Of a DNA stretch of 64,000 bases, positions 45,660 through 57,366 are shown in pieces. The DNA comes from Eledone cirrhosa (taxonomy: Eukaryota): assembly GCA_964016885.1 (NCBI GenBank), contig OZ024745.1, positions 27,590,001 to 27,654,000 of the forward strand. Direction: 5' to 3'. The notes below the pieces were generated by a model. It made no database searches. It was not told where the DNA came from and saw only the letters and a list, made by a program, of their open reading frames with translations. Position 1 is the first letter of the stretch. The number at the start of each line of letters is the position of its first letter. The translations under genes were made by a program, and so were the position numbers.

Positions 45660-45709
45660 TGCAGGTAGTCATGCAAGCTTATACGACACTGCAATATTGA
45701 AGGCTCTAA
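45259..45709. repeat. Nested inverted repeat around an HHR family B fragment
   Basis: Outer arms ~45259-45360 and ~45585-45709. Inner 55-bp arms 45462-45516 and 45525-45579. Confidence 0.85.
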
Positions 45710-46660
45710 TATATATATAATGTGTTTGTGCGTGTGTGTGGGGGGTGGGTGGGTGCGCGTGTGTGGTTGTGCGTGTGTGTGTGTGTATATGTGTGTTTGT
45801 GTGAGTGCGTGTGTTTGTGCGTCTGTGTGTGTGTGGTTGTGCGTGCATGTGTTGTTGTGTGTGTGTGTGCGCGTGGTTGTGCGTGCGTGTGTGGTTGTGT
45901 GTGTATGTGTGTGTGTGTGCGTGGTTGTGCGTGCGTGTGTGGTTGTGTGTGTGTATATATATGTGTTTGTGTGAGTGCGTGTGTGTCCTTTTTTAGCATT
46001 GATATTTTTCTGGTGTGCGTGCACAGCGACGTATCGTTTCGTTAATCCTACCACGCCACCCTCCAATTGTCAGCGAATGACACTCGATATTCTCATACCT
46101 TTGGTAGTCATCAACCTTAAAGAAGTGAACTGGAAAGTCACGAGAAATGAAAGAAAAAGAAAGAGAATAGTAGTAACAATATATATCAAAGGATGATTTT
46201 ACTTAAATACAAATATTCTCACGAAATACATTTATAAATGTACGAAAAATACTCTGACATAAACATAAATAAATGCATTCGCAGATAACCGCTAAAAATA
46301 AATAAATGATTAAATAAATAAATATATAAATCTCAAATGCAGTCACAAACACGCTGGTAAATAAACAGATAAATACAACCATAACATACATATATACACA
46401 TTAAAATATAGATTCTGAAATGCGTGAATCGAAATAAGGTTTCATTTCGGAAGATTGTGTGTGTGTGTTTTTTTTCTCTTTGCAATATACACACATACAT
46501 ACATATATATATATATATACATACATATACATATGTATGTATGCGTTATATCAAATATCAATAATAATGTTCGATCCCTTTGTAAATAAACGGCCCGGTT
46601 AGAAGCTATGCCGTGCCGGTGACCGATCGCCACCTGTTTGTTCAACACTGGCTTTGAGGA

Positions 46661-46703
46661 ACAATCAACATGTTTCTGGGTCACTACCCTTCATCAGGAC
46701 TGT
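46661..46703 (-). ncRNA. Minimal type I hammerhead ribozyme
   Basis: acagtc CTGATGA a-gggt-agtg-accc-a GAAA catg TT gattgt. Palindromic stem III and a GUU site. Confidence 0.8.
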
Positions 46704-46778
46704 ATACCTATATGCCAATGTGTTGAATGGTTGAAAATATATAGTTTTTTAAGTACTCATCGGCTGAGTAGTCTCATT

Positions 46779-46821
<43 letters not shown>

Positions 46822-46849
46822 AAAACCACAGACCCTCCATCTCAACTCA

Positions 46850-46887
46850 CCTTTTGAAAAGTAGAAGAACTGCGAAACCGGTAAAGG
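46850..46887 (+). ncRNA. Degenerate minimal hammerhead
   Basis: cctt TTGAAAA gtag-aagaa-ctgc GAAA ccgg TA aagg. All stems are intact with two core substitutions. The downstream tail recurs at 55316-55370. Confidence 0.55.
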
Positions 46888-47022
46888 AACCAAATAAATA
46901 TATATATTTAAAAAAAAATAAGACTCCAGTTGCATTTTCGATTTCATCTCTTTTTCTTTATACTTTCACTCGTGTAGGACACCTCGGTTATTTTTCATTT
47001 TGTAAAAAAAAAAAAACCTCAC

Positions 47023-47103
<81 letters not shown>

Positions 47104-47272
47104 TAGAGATAGATAGATATTAGTATTGGTGCTCTGAAATAGCGATGTATACATGAATGTATGTATAGTATATTTGGCAATGTGCCGCATGTTTAATTAG
47201 AAACATTTACAAGACCATACGCTATCGGTTATAAAGTAGTGACATAGTCACTTAATTCTTTTCGGCGAAAGA

Positions 47273-47335
47273 AGGGAGAGAAGCTGACAGTCTGTTTCAC
47301 GCTGGTTGGCGTTCATCAGAGCCACGTACTCCCCT
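47273..47335 (-). ncRNA. Type I hammerhead ribozyme (retrozyme copy 1)
   Basis: gct CTGATGA acgc-caacca-gcgt GAAA ca-gac-tg TC agc, with an extended stem I agggga/tccct. Confidence 0.9.
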
Positions 47336-47757
47336 GCTTCCGCCGAAAATGATAGAAGCTGAATTCTTATAGAATTCTAGTAATAATCAGGAGCTGATTA
47401 TACAGAGCGATTGCCGGTCCAGCAAAAATTAGGTATTAGGATTGGTGCTCTGCAATAGCGATGTATACATGAATGTATGTATAGTATATTTGGTAATATA
47501 CTGTATGTTTAATTAAAACCATCTAGAAGACCATACGCTATCAGTTTTAAAGTAGTGATTATGTCACTTAATGGTTTTAATTAAACATACAGTATATTGC
47601 CAAATATACTATACATACATTCATGTACACATCGCTATTTCAGAGCACCAATCCTAATACCTAATTTTTGCTGGAGCGGCAATCGCTCTGTATAATCAGT
47701 TCCTGATTATTACTGGAATTCTATAAGAATCCAACTTCTATAATTTTCGGCGGAAGC

Positions 47758-47820
47758 AGGGGAGTACGTGGCTCTGATGAACGCCAACCAGCGTGAAACA
47801 TACTGTCAGCTTCTCTCCCT
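47758..47820 (+). ncRNA. Type I hammerhead ribozyme (retrozyme copy 2)
   Basis: gct CTGATGA acgc-caacca-gcgt GAAA ca-tac-tg TC agc. GUC site at ~47805-47807. Confidence 0.9.
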
Positions 47821-47999
47821 TCTTTCGCCGAAAAGAAGTAAGTGACATAGTCGCTACTTTAAAACTGATAGCGTAAGGTCTTCTAAATGTCGTTAATTAA
47901 ACATACGGTATATTTCCAAATATACTATACATACATATATATATATATGAATATATATATGAATATGTATATGAATATAAATATGAATATATATATATA

Positions 48000-48060
<61 letters not shown>

Positions 48061-48181
48061 ATAATAATAAATTTGAAGACTAAAATCCAAAGAGGGCTCG
48101 ATAAGGATAAATATATATCAAATATAGAAGATCCCGTTAAGGGTGAAAGCAGCGATTCTTTGCTTAAACTTTAATCTGTTA

Positions 48182-48261
<80 letters not shown>

Positions 48262-48595
48262 TGTGTGTGTGTGTGTGTGTGTGTGTGAATACGTATGCAT
48301 ACTTACATTTATGTATCAGCTGTGCTAGAGCGAAAAATAAAATTCTAATATATATATATAGAGAGAGAGAGATTACAATAATCAAAGTTCTGTTTAAATC
48401 ATTTATTTGCTTACAATTGTTTCCTCCAAACCGAGGTTTGGATTCTTCGGAGCAACTATTTAGTGATCTATAACATACTTGACCTCCTTTTCAACACAAG
48501 AGACATATAAAAACATATGCATATATTAACCGACAGTGGGATGACATCCATCAAAATGATATAGCATGGCAATTTACATATAAAGGTTAAAGGAT

Positions 48596-48738
48596 AAAAA
48601 TAAAAATAAAAATAAAAATAAAAATAAAAATAAAAATAAAAATAAAAATAAAAATAAAAATAAAAATAAAAATAAAAATAAAAATAAAAATAAAAATAAA
48701 AATAAAAATAAAAATAAAAATAAAAATAAAAATAAAAA
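48596..48738 (+). repeat. (TAAAAA)n hexanucleotide microsatellite
   Basis: About 24 perfect copies. Confidence 0.95.
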
Positions 48739-48945
48739 TGAAACATTGTCAGTTTATGAAGATAAAGCAAGAGGGAAAGTTTAGAGTAGTCAGTGTATGA
48801 AACAATCTCACGTGTATCATGCACGCGTGTCTTATTTATACAGGATTAGAGTGCGGCAGATTGTTACTTGCAGGGTCAGGCAGTTGAAGCAGGCAATCGA
48901 TAGTATTATGTGGGCTGAATTGTTAAATCATTTTTTCCCATACAC

Positions 48946-49036
48946 TATTGACATACCCAGGAATAGGATCTTAACGGTTCAAGTTATTCCTGGAATAACT
49001 TGAACCGTTAAGATCCTATTCCTGGGTATGTCAATA
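48946..49036. repeat. Perfect palindrome with 45-bp arms and a 1-nt centre
   Basis: tattgacatacccagg...ttattcc T ggaataa...cctgggtatgtcaata. Confidence 0.95.
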
Positions 49037-49053
49037 TTTATAAAACAAACTTT

Positions 49054-49116
49054 GTATTTTATCTGATGAGTGCGTACCAAAGTTTTGGTATCCTTGAAAT
49101 ATATATAATAGAATAA
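49054..49116 (+). ncRNA. Minimal PLE-type hammerhead
   Basis: tattttat CTGATGA gtgcg-taccaaag-ttttggta-tcctt GAAA tatata TA atagaata. Confidence 0.65.
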
Positions 49117-49264
49117 ATATGGTTTTATAAGTATAGTTTCCATTTATTTAATATCATTGAATATTATACTCCAGAAAACCTGCCGAGCGCTTTAAATCAG
49201 TTAAAAACATTTATATTTGTTGAATTACCAACAAATTAAATATATATATATATATATATATATA

Positions 49265-51700
49265 AGATCAAAAGATGGTTAAAGGAGTTCCATGTATTTT
49301 ATTATGCGCATTTCAAAAACAAACATCATCATGCAATAATATTTGTGTTTTCATCAGATAAAACAGGAGGACATGATATGAAGGCTAAAAAGCACTTGTG
49401 GATAGTGCAGTTTTAAATCAACATATGAGAAGTAATTTTAGATTGATGTGTGATATTGGGAAAAATATTTTTTTAGAGAGGGGGTGTGGAAAGGATGAAA
49501 AAAGGGGAGGAGATGCGAGTGAAGGTGGAGAGGGAGAGATGGGTGATAGAGAGAAAGAGATAGTTTTTATAACTGAGAAAAGATATATTGTTTTACATAG
49601 AGAGGTTGAAAACCGTTGGGAGATAATGTATAAATTAAAAGAATTTGAAAATTAACGAAGGGAAAAATATGTACGAAGAAGGAGAGGGAGTTAATATGTA
49701 TTGAGATTAAAAAGTTTGATGATAGAGAGAATAGAATAATGAATTGCAGATGAATATTCTAACGTCAAAAAAATGTGTGTATATTTACAAGTATTATGGA
49801 AATTTGAAAATTAGCGAAGCGAAAAAATTATTAAGGTTTGTGTATTGAAGGATTTGAGAAAAATAATGTGAAGTTAAGGTTTGTATATTGAAGGAATTGA
49901 TAATATGTGCGAAGAAAGAGTTAATATGTATTAAGAGTGAGTTAGCTGGTGGGGAGAAAAAAATAATAAATTAAGGATGAATAATCTGGCGTCAAAACAA
50001 ATGTATATGTTACGAAGGATTTTACAAGGTGAAGATAGAGTGAGGGTAATGAGTAAACAAGTATTATAGAGTGTATAATACCCTTTGAAGTAAGGTAGGA
50101 AGATGGGTATATTTTAAAAGAGGTGTATGTATATGTGCCTTTGAGAAAAGATTCTAAATTGATAAAGAATTGAATATTAGCTGTATACTTTGTGAAATGT
50201 CTTATGGAATTTATGCAAGCAGATAGAAAACAAATCTGTACGTCTATTTATTATAGAATCTAGATTAGAGATAATGGTAAATTTTTCATTTAGGCAGAGA
50301 TTACAGATTTTAGATAGAGAGCTGTTCAAGAAACCTTCTTCCAAAAGATGGTATATTTAATGTTTTTGTCTTTCAAGGACCATATGAGTTCTGAGAGAGC
50401 CGTGTTGGTTCTTTTAAGTTTGTATTTAAAAGATGAATGATGATTATAGAGACGAGCTTTAAAAGAGGTGGAAGTGGAGCCAAAATAGGTGAAGGAATTG
50501 GTGCTAGTTATAACTTTACATTCATAAATTAAGTTTTTATCAAGACAATGGTTGTTGAGAGGACATTTATTTTTAATAGGGCAGTTGCAATTAGAGAGAT
50601 TATTAATGAGTGACCTAGTGTTATCTATAGAAGGAATTGGATTGGAGAAGTTGTTTGCGATAGGAATAATAGTTTCTTGATTTAGAGTTGGATTATAAAC
50701 ATTTAGCGAAGTTGTGTTTGACGTTGTATTTGGGTTTACAGAAATTAGCCTAGGGTTTACAATGACGTCGGGAGTACTATTACTGTTATGAAATTCAGTG
50801 TTGGAAGGAAGAGATTTAGTATTTAGTATTTTATTGTTGTGTTTAGAGATAATGTTGGAAATATTGGAGGATGTAGAATAAGAAAATTTTATGGTGTGTT
50901 TGTTAAATATTTTACTATAGATATGTGAGGGAGGGAAGCATTTATTTAAGGCACTAAAGAATAATTTAGGAATATTGTTATTAATAGAGATGGAGAAAGG
51001 AGCATTATACCAGATTATGTTTTTGTATCTAGGTCTTTTATTAAAGTTATTGGAATGATCATGATTAATTATTCTACTGTAAGTTCTTCTAGAATTTGTT
51101 TCTTTACTATATTTGATTTTATCAGGATAGCCGGCTTTAGAAAGTGCGTTATTATAGTAATTGGCGTTAGCATCAAAGATGTTTTTATTAGAAGATATGT
51201 TAGATATTCTTTTTCCAATATTACTAACTATAGCATTCTTGATATTGGTAGGATAGTTAGATTTAAAGTTAACATAATTTAGGTTCTCATTATTTTTATG
51301 GTAAGGGTAATATAGGCCAGTGTCAAGATTAAGAGATACATCCAAGAAATTAGCTAGTTTGATACTGTTATCAAATTCAATTTTTAGGTTATGTTGGTTA
51401 AAGAGATTACGTATATTGTTCTTAATAATATTAAGGTTAACTATATTGCAATTTAAGATAGTAAAGAGTCCATCGTCACGATAAATTCCACCGCGAAGTT
51501 GAGGAATTTTCTGACTCAAAGAGTTCAAAATAAAGATACCAATTAAATCAGTCAATTGGGATGAATCGGATGCTCCCATTGTGATGTCGAAGTTGTTAGA
51601 GGTATCGGCTCTGGTCCAATATTCGTTGTTGAACTCTAGGATGGTTTTACGTGCGGTGAGGATGATGTGAAGTTCATCTGTGGTGATGTCAGAATCTGCA
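49265..51700 (-). mobile_element. Penelope-like element, Naiad-type, 5'-truncated (RT C-terminal half, thumb, GIY-YIG, 3' UTR)
   Basis: FDITMGASDSSQ, IYRDDGL, FLDVSL, CNCPIKNKCPLNNHC and LIYEC...YFGST...FKARLYNH. After a frameshift near 50325 the reading continues ICNLCLNEK...INRRTD...CLH to a stop at 50177. Confidence 0.88.
49293..49366 (-). ncRNA. Minimal hammerhead in the 3' UTR of the Naiad-like PLE
   Basis: tgttttat CTGATGA aaacacaaa...tttgttttt GAAA tgcgca TA ataaaataca. Same strand as the ORF, with a palindromic stem III. Confidence 0.8.
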
Positions 51701-51733
51701 TTGCTTTATTGTACTACAATAAAACTCACCTCC

Positions 51734-51768
<35 letters not shown>

Positions 51769-51864
51769 ACTAACATATGCGTACAGATGTACGCTAATGC
51801 CAGCAAATACACAGGTTATGTCATAGTACCTAGGTGGTTCAATGCAGGAGGATGCAGAACAATA

Positions 51865-52020
51865 ATATAAAAGACCTGATGACGCAATGAATTCTCAACA
51901 GTTTATTACGTAACTGTCTTTATCCCATTGCAGAAACTAATTAGTTGGAGTGAAAATTTTAGTAAGTAAGTTAATTTAAAAAATTTTTTTTTAAATTTTC
52001 TTACTTTACGTCTTTTATAT
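51865..52020 (+). ncRNA. Hammerhead-like motif with an extra hairpin after the cleavage triplet
   Basis: atataaaagac CTGATGA c-gcaatg...cattgc-a GAAA ctaa...ttag TA [agtaag...cttact] ...gtcttttatat. Confidence 0.5.
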
Positions 52021-52034
52021 ATATATATATATAT

Positions 52035-52930
52035 AGTTTTAATATAGAAGAGCTTCTACAGGACTAGAACTGTTTCATTCGTGTGAAAACATCAGGAAGC
52101 TGGCTGTCCAAGTAAATGGTAGTATTTATGTCTTTCCTTATCTGGTGGTAGGAGAGGGTGGGGATTGGGATGAGTGTAGGTCATCGGTTGAAGGATTTAA
52201 AGAAAGGGGATTCATTAAAAGCTAATTCTTAAAAGCTATAATATTAACAAAGGCAGAAAGAATACTGTAAACAAATTCAAAAATTGGAATACCAATCCTT
52301 GTTTATCACTTAAAGTAACAATGGCTGTAAGACAGGTGTCTACAGGATGGGTGGGGTTCAATGGTTTAAAGAAAAGGGAAATTCTTTAGAAGCTAATTCT
52401 TTAAGGCTAAAATGAGGGTGACAAAGGCAGAAAAGTTTCCATCAACAGATTCAAGTGTTGGGGTGAACCCCATATAGTGAAGTTTCTCTTAATATATATT
52501 CCAGGTGTCGACAAAAATATTCACACACGCGCCCACTCACACACGTACTCACACTGTAGACACCTGTCTTGCAGCCATTGTTACTTTAAGTGATAAACAA
52601 GGATTGGTATTCACACTTTGAACTTGTTTACAGTATTCTTTCTGCCTTTGTTAATATTATAGCTTTTAAGAATTAGCTTTTAATGAATCCCCTTTCTTTA
52701 AATCCTTCAACCAATGACCTACACCCATCCCAATCCCCACCCTCTCCTACCACCAGATAAGGAAAGACATAAATACTACCATTTACTTGGACAGCCAGCT
52801 TCCTGATGATTTCTCACGAATGAAACAGTTCTAGTCTTGTAGAAGCTCTTCTATATTAAAACTGTTATACTCTGCTATGTATTGAGTACCTTACTTACTG
52901 TGGTTACCTCCGATTCAACCCGGAATAACT
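52035..52930. mobile_element. Family A HHR element with ~310-bp inverted arms
   Basis: Arms 52035-52345 and 52554-52863, 3' tail to 52930. Flanked by (TA)n. The left-arm HHR (52051-52101, minus) has CTGATGT. Confidence 0.85.
52797..52847 (+). ncRNA. Type I hammerhead ribozyme (family A)
   Basis: agcttc CTGATGA tttc-tcac-gaat GAAA cag-ttctagtc-ttg TA gaagct. Confidence 0.85.
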
Positions 52931-53002
52931 TATATATATATATATATATAAGAGAGTATTGAAGTTTGCTTGAAGCATTGTGGAATAATAGATAAATATC
53001 TT

Positions 53003-53703
53003 TAAGTCGTTTGGAAGCCTAGACAATGCAAATGGGTAAATCTCCGGGTAACAAGATCCGGTGGTGGAGAGAGAGATGTAAGTGGGTGTACGTTGAGATG
53101 CATGGTGTGTATAAGACGTGTAGAAGAATGAAGGAAAGAGTATAAAGGATAAAATAAAAATAAGAACACGAGAGAGAGTTACCTTGGGAGAGATTTAATT
53201 GTCCCTATATATTTCGGATTCACATCCATCAACTGGGGGTTTTTTCCGGGGTGGGGGAAAGGTTGTCTGTCGGAAAGGTGCGAAACGCGTCCTCCGCTGT
53301 TTGTTGTTTTGAATATCGGGTGGGTATAGAATTTCCAATAAAACCGTTTCAGTGGCTGAATAACTATTAATCACACACACACACAAACTCATATATTCAA
53401 AACAACAAACAGCGGAGGACGCGTTTCGCACCTTTCCGACAGACAACCTTTCCCCCACCCCGGAAAAAACCCCAGTTGATGGATGTGAATCCGAAATATA
53501 TAGGGACAATTAAATCTCTCCCAAGGTAACTCTCTCTCGTGTTCTTATTTTTATTTTAACCTTTATACTCTTTCCTTCATTCTTCTACACGTCTTATACA
53601 CACCACGCATCTCAACGTACACCCACTTACATCTCTCTCTTCACCACCGGATCTTGTTACCTGGAAATTTAGCCATTTGCATTGTCTAGGCTTCCAAACG
53701 ACT

Positions 53704-53705
<2 letters not shown>
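53003..53705. mobile_element. Fold-back element with 313-bp inverted arms, probably PLE-derived
   Basis: Arms 53003-53316 and 53393-53705. Contains GAAACGCGTC and a degenerate HHR-like motif at 53470-53505. Flanked by (TA)n. Confidence 0.75.
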
Positions 53706-53753
<48 letters not shown>

Positions 53754-53968
53754 TATGTATACGTACATACATATATGTGTAAAGACGTACAGTAGTATGT
53801 ATATATATATACATACATGCACACATATATATATATAATTTATATGTACGTATGGGTTTACCGAACATTTATTATAATGTTCGGTTTGTTTGTAAACAAA
53901 CAGCCCGAATTACGCCGTACAGTGCTCGGCAACCTTCGTCGTCCTTTTGTTCAACACTGTCACAGGAA

Positions 53969-54052
<84 letters not shown>

Positions 54053-54509
54053 TTGTGTATATGTGTGTGTGGGGGATATTGATGCTTCTGAAAAAGCGTA
54101 AAAAAAAGATTGTTGTCAGTTGATATACGTAGAAAAATCAACGCAGTTTCACTGAAACATTATAAATTTATGTAATAATAATCCTCTTTACTGAAATACG
54201 ATATTTAAAACGTAATGGGTTGGAGACAATTTATTAGTTTAGCAACACAACATAACATATGACATTAGGGATGGGCACGACTGGAACAATGTCTGTATTA
54301 TCAGATTTAGCATGAGATAAACAACAAAGCACTAACTACACATTAAAATAATTGTACACAAAATGAACTTTATTAAATTAAATTTGGATTGGAAGTAGTT
54401 ATATTTGCAGAAAAGAATTTCTGTGGTACGGGTGGGTATAGAATTTCCAATAAAACCGTTTCAGTGGCTGAATAACTATTAATCACACACACACACACAC
54501 ACTCTCTTG

Positions 54510-54625
<116 letters not shown>

Positions 54626-54636
54626 TGTATACATAT

Positions 54637-54682
<46 letters not shown>

Positions 54683-55033
54683 ATCTTTGCTATTTACTAT
54701 ATTCTACTTCTGATATATTACATTCTAAGTGGTTCGTCTTTGCTTCATATTTTCTTTCATATTGCATGCTCTCTTGTGTTTTAAACTGAGAATAAGCGAT
54801 ATTTTCCTTGTTCAGAATATCCTCAACGGATAAATCGCACGAAACATTAAAAGGAAGAACAATTTAAAGAAGAAATTGGATATGTAAGTTTCTCGACGAA
54901 AACATAGTGACTATAAAGAGGTTACCATAGAAACTGTTATTTTAATATCGGAAACATTACTGGGAATATACTTTTTGTATGGTTATTTCAGAAGAATAAG
55001 AACGACTTTAATATTTAATAGATGTATATTAGT

Positions 55034-55136
<103 letters not shown>

Positions 55137-55413
55137 CGTTATTCCGGGTTGAATCGGAGGTAACCACAGTAAGTAAGGTACTCAATATATACACATATGT
55201 ATAGGAAAAAGAAGTTGCGATTGCAATTGGAGTCCTTAAGAAGATTTAATTACAGGGAGAGATGTGTAGCTATGCAGACCATCCCTCATAACCTTTTGCT
55301 GTAAGTAAACCTTAAAGACTCCAATTGCAATTTTCAACTTCTTTTTCCTGTATTTCGACTCGTGTGGGTTATATTAAAAAAAAACTTACTTTCGAGTATG
55401 TATATATGTATAT

Positions 55414-55592
55414 AATTGTTTCTACTTTTGGCACAAGGTCAGAAATTACCCAGTACATTACTGGTACTTTATTTTATCGACCCCGTAAGGATGAAAGACA
55501 AAGTTAGCCTCGGCGGGATTTGAATTTAGGTCGTAAAGGGACGTAACTATGCTGGACAGCATGTCCGATCCTCTACCGATACTGCCAATTCA
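55414..55592 (-). mobile_element. tRNA-derived SINE
   Basis: Reverse complement of a near-complete copy. Confidence 0.8.
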
Positions 55593-56503
55593 CCGTGTGC
55601 GTGTGTGTATGTGTATGATGGAAGTTTGTCTATATAAAATGTTCAGCAATGGTTCCTAAATATTGGTCTTCCAAATTTATTAAATCAACAGAGATCACAA
55701 TTCGCTTGACTGGGTTTTTCCGAACTGCTAAACAGCGAGTCGTAGTGTATAACGCAATAATTGACACCTTTGGACAAAACCTGTCGTCACCTCCTGGGAT
55801 ATTGCACCCCTACCCAATATTGCAATGTCCATTACAATGAATAAATTTGATCTAGCAATAATGTCGCCTGGAGAGATAGTGCTGTTCCCAAGGACGGAAA
55901 AGATGTAATCAAACTTCCTCCACGAAAAGGAACTGGTATGAGGATAAAGTGTGGTAAACATAGAAGCATTGCAATATTGTTAGCTTAGGTTAATGTTCTG
56001 AATAAATCCCTTGTGAATGGTGGCCTTTCTGAATATCAGTTAGAAAGGTAGGGAGAGGGCGAGGTAAATAGAAAGAGAGAGTAGGAGGAAGAAAGAAAGG
56101 CGAGAGAAAAAAGAGAGGGAAAGAAAGAAAGAGAGTGGGGAGGGAAGGAGAGAGTGACAATGTAATGAGAGGTTACATACCCCAAGCTGCGATTTCTTTA
56201 TATCAGTAGAGTATCAGCGGTTTTTACCTCGGGATTTATTGACACTGTAAACGAATGCATATAAATTTATTCAGAACGAATACAAATATATGCTACCCCA
56301 GTACTTTTGTTACGTAATGCGCTTTGCCAGTGAATCTTTTTTTATGCCAGTAAACAGAAGCTGAGCATGTCGTTCATCGCATATTTCATAATGTGGCTGT
56401 TGAGCATACAGTAGACATACTTCGTAGATCGGAAGAAGTAGACAGACACTCCTAACAAGCTTGCATAGATATGCGAAACTAATCAATGTTGTTATTCACA
56501 GAT

Positions 56504-56540
<37 letters not shown>

Positions 56541-56557
56541 CAGAGAGAGAGAGATAC

Positions 56558-56595
<38 letters not shown>

Positions 56596-57307
56596 GGGGG
56601 AGAGAGAGATAGATAGATAGAGAGAGATAGAGAGAGAGAGAGAGAGTCATGATGTTTAATAACCGTAAATTCGCATTGGGTTTCTATATAATATTGGAGA
56701 GATTTTTTGTGATTGTCAAGAATTCTGCACCACAATTACTTTCCGCCATCTCTTAAAACATATTATACATTAGTGCTGCGTAAACGAGTTATAAGCTTAT
56801 AGCCATGTAATGTCTACTCGATTCGTCACTCCAATGGAGCATGATAACTTTACTTGAGTCGTTTATAATTTCGAATTAATTATTGTCTTTAGATGAGAAC
56901 TGTTTTGTACAGAAGATTCCTTATGTCGAGTGCATTTTAAACAAAATCACTAATTCTTATCACCAGAACTCTACTGGATAGATTCGCAAAGTCATTTTAA
57001 CTGATAATTCTGCCGTGTTCGGCTTTGTAGATATTGTTCATGTAAGATTTTGTCCCCATTGTTAATATTTAATCTGAAATATTGTATGTAATATATATAC
57101 TGATTGTATAGGGTTTCGTATGGAAACAAGTTAAGTAAAACAGGCGAAACACTAATAATTTGTATAGAGGTATTAAATTTTCCTGTCAATGTTTGAACAT
57201 GACACAGAAATATGTATATTCACGAAACTTTGTCTTCGGGTTCAAAGTAGGCGTTCTATCTCTTTCTTTTCGTGTATTTCTTGAACTAACATTCGATTAT
57301 TAGAGCA

Positions 57308-57362
<55 letters not shown>

Positions 57363-57366
<4 letters not shown>

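Larger units (their letters stand above)
47120..47937. mobile_element. Retrozyme-like element: 316-bp HHR-bearing monomer in tandem and inverted array
   Basis: About 1.4 units on the minus strand (47120-47570) and about 1.15 units on the plus strand (47571-47937). attggtgctc at 47125 and 47441 gives the period. No ORF. Flanked by microsatellites. Confidence 0.85.

Noticed and set aside
50326-50328. TGA ending the Naiad ORF as a possible selenocysteine codon
   Set aside because: The conserved downstream sequence (CNLCLNEK) is in a different frame, so this is a frameshift or deletion and not readthrough.
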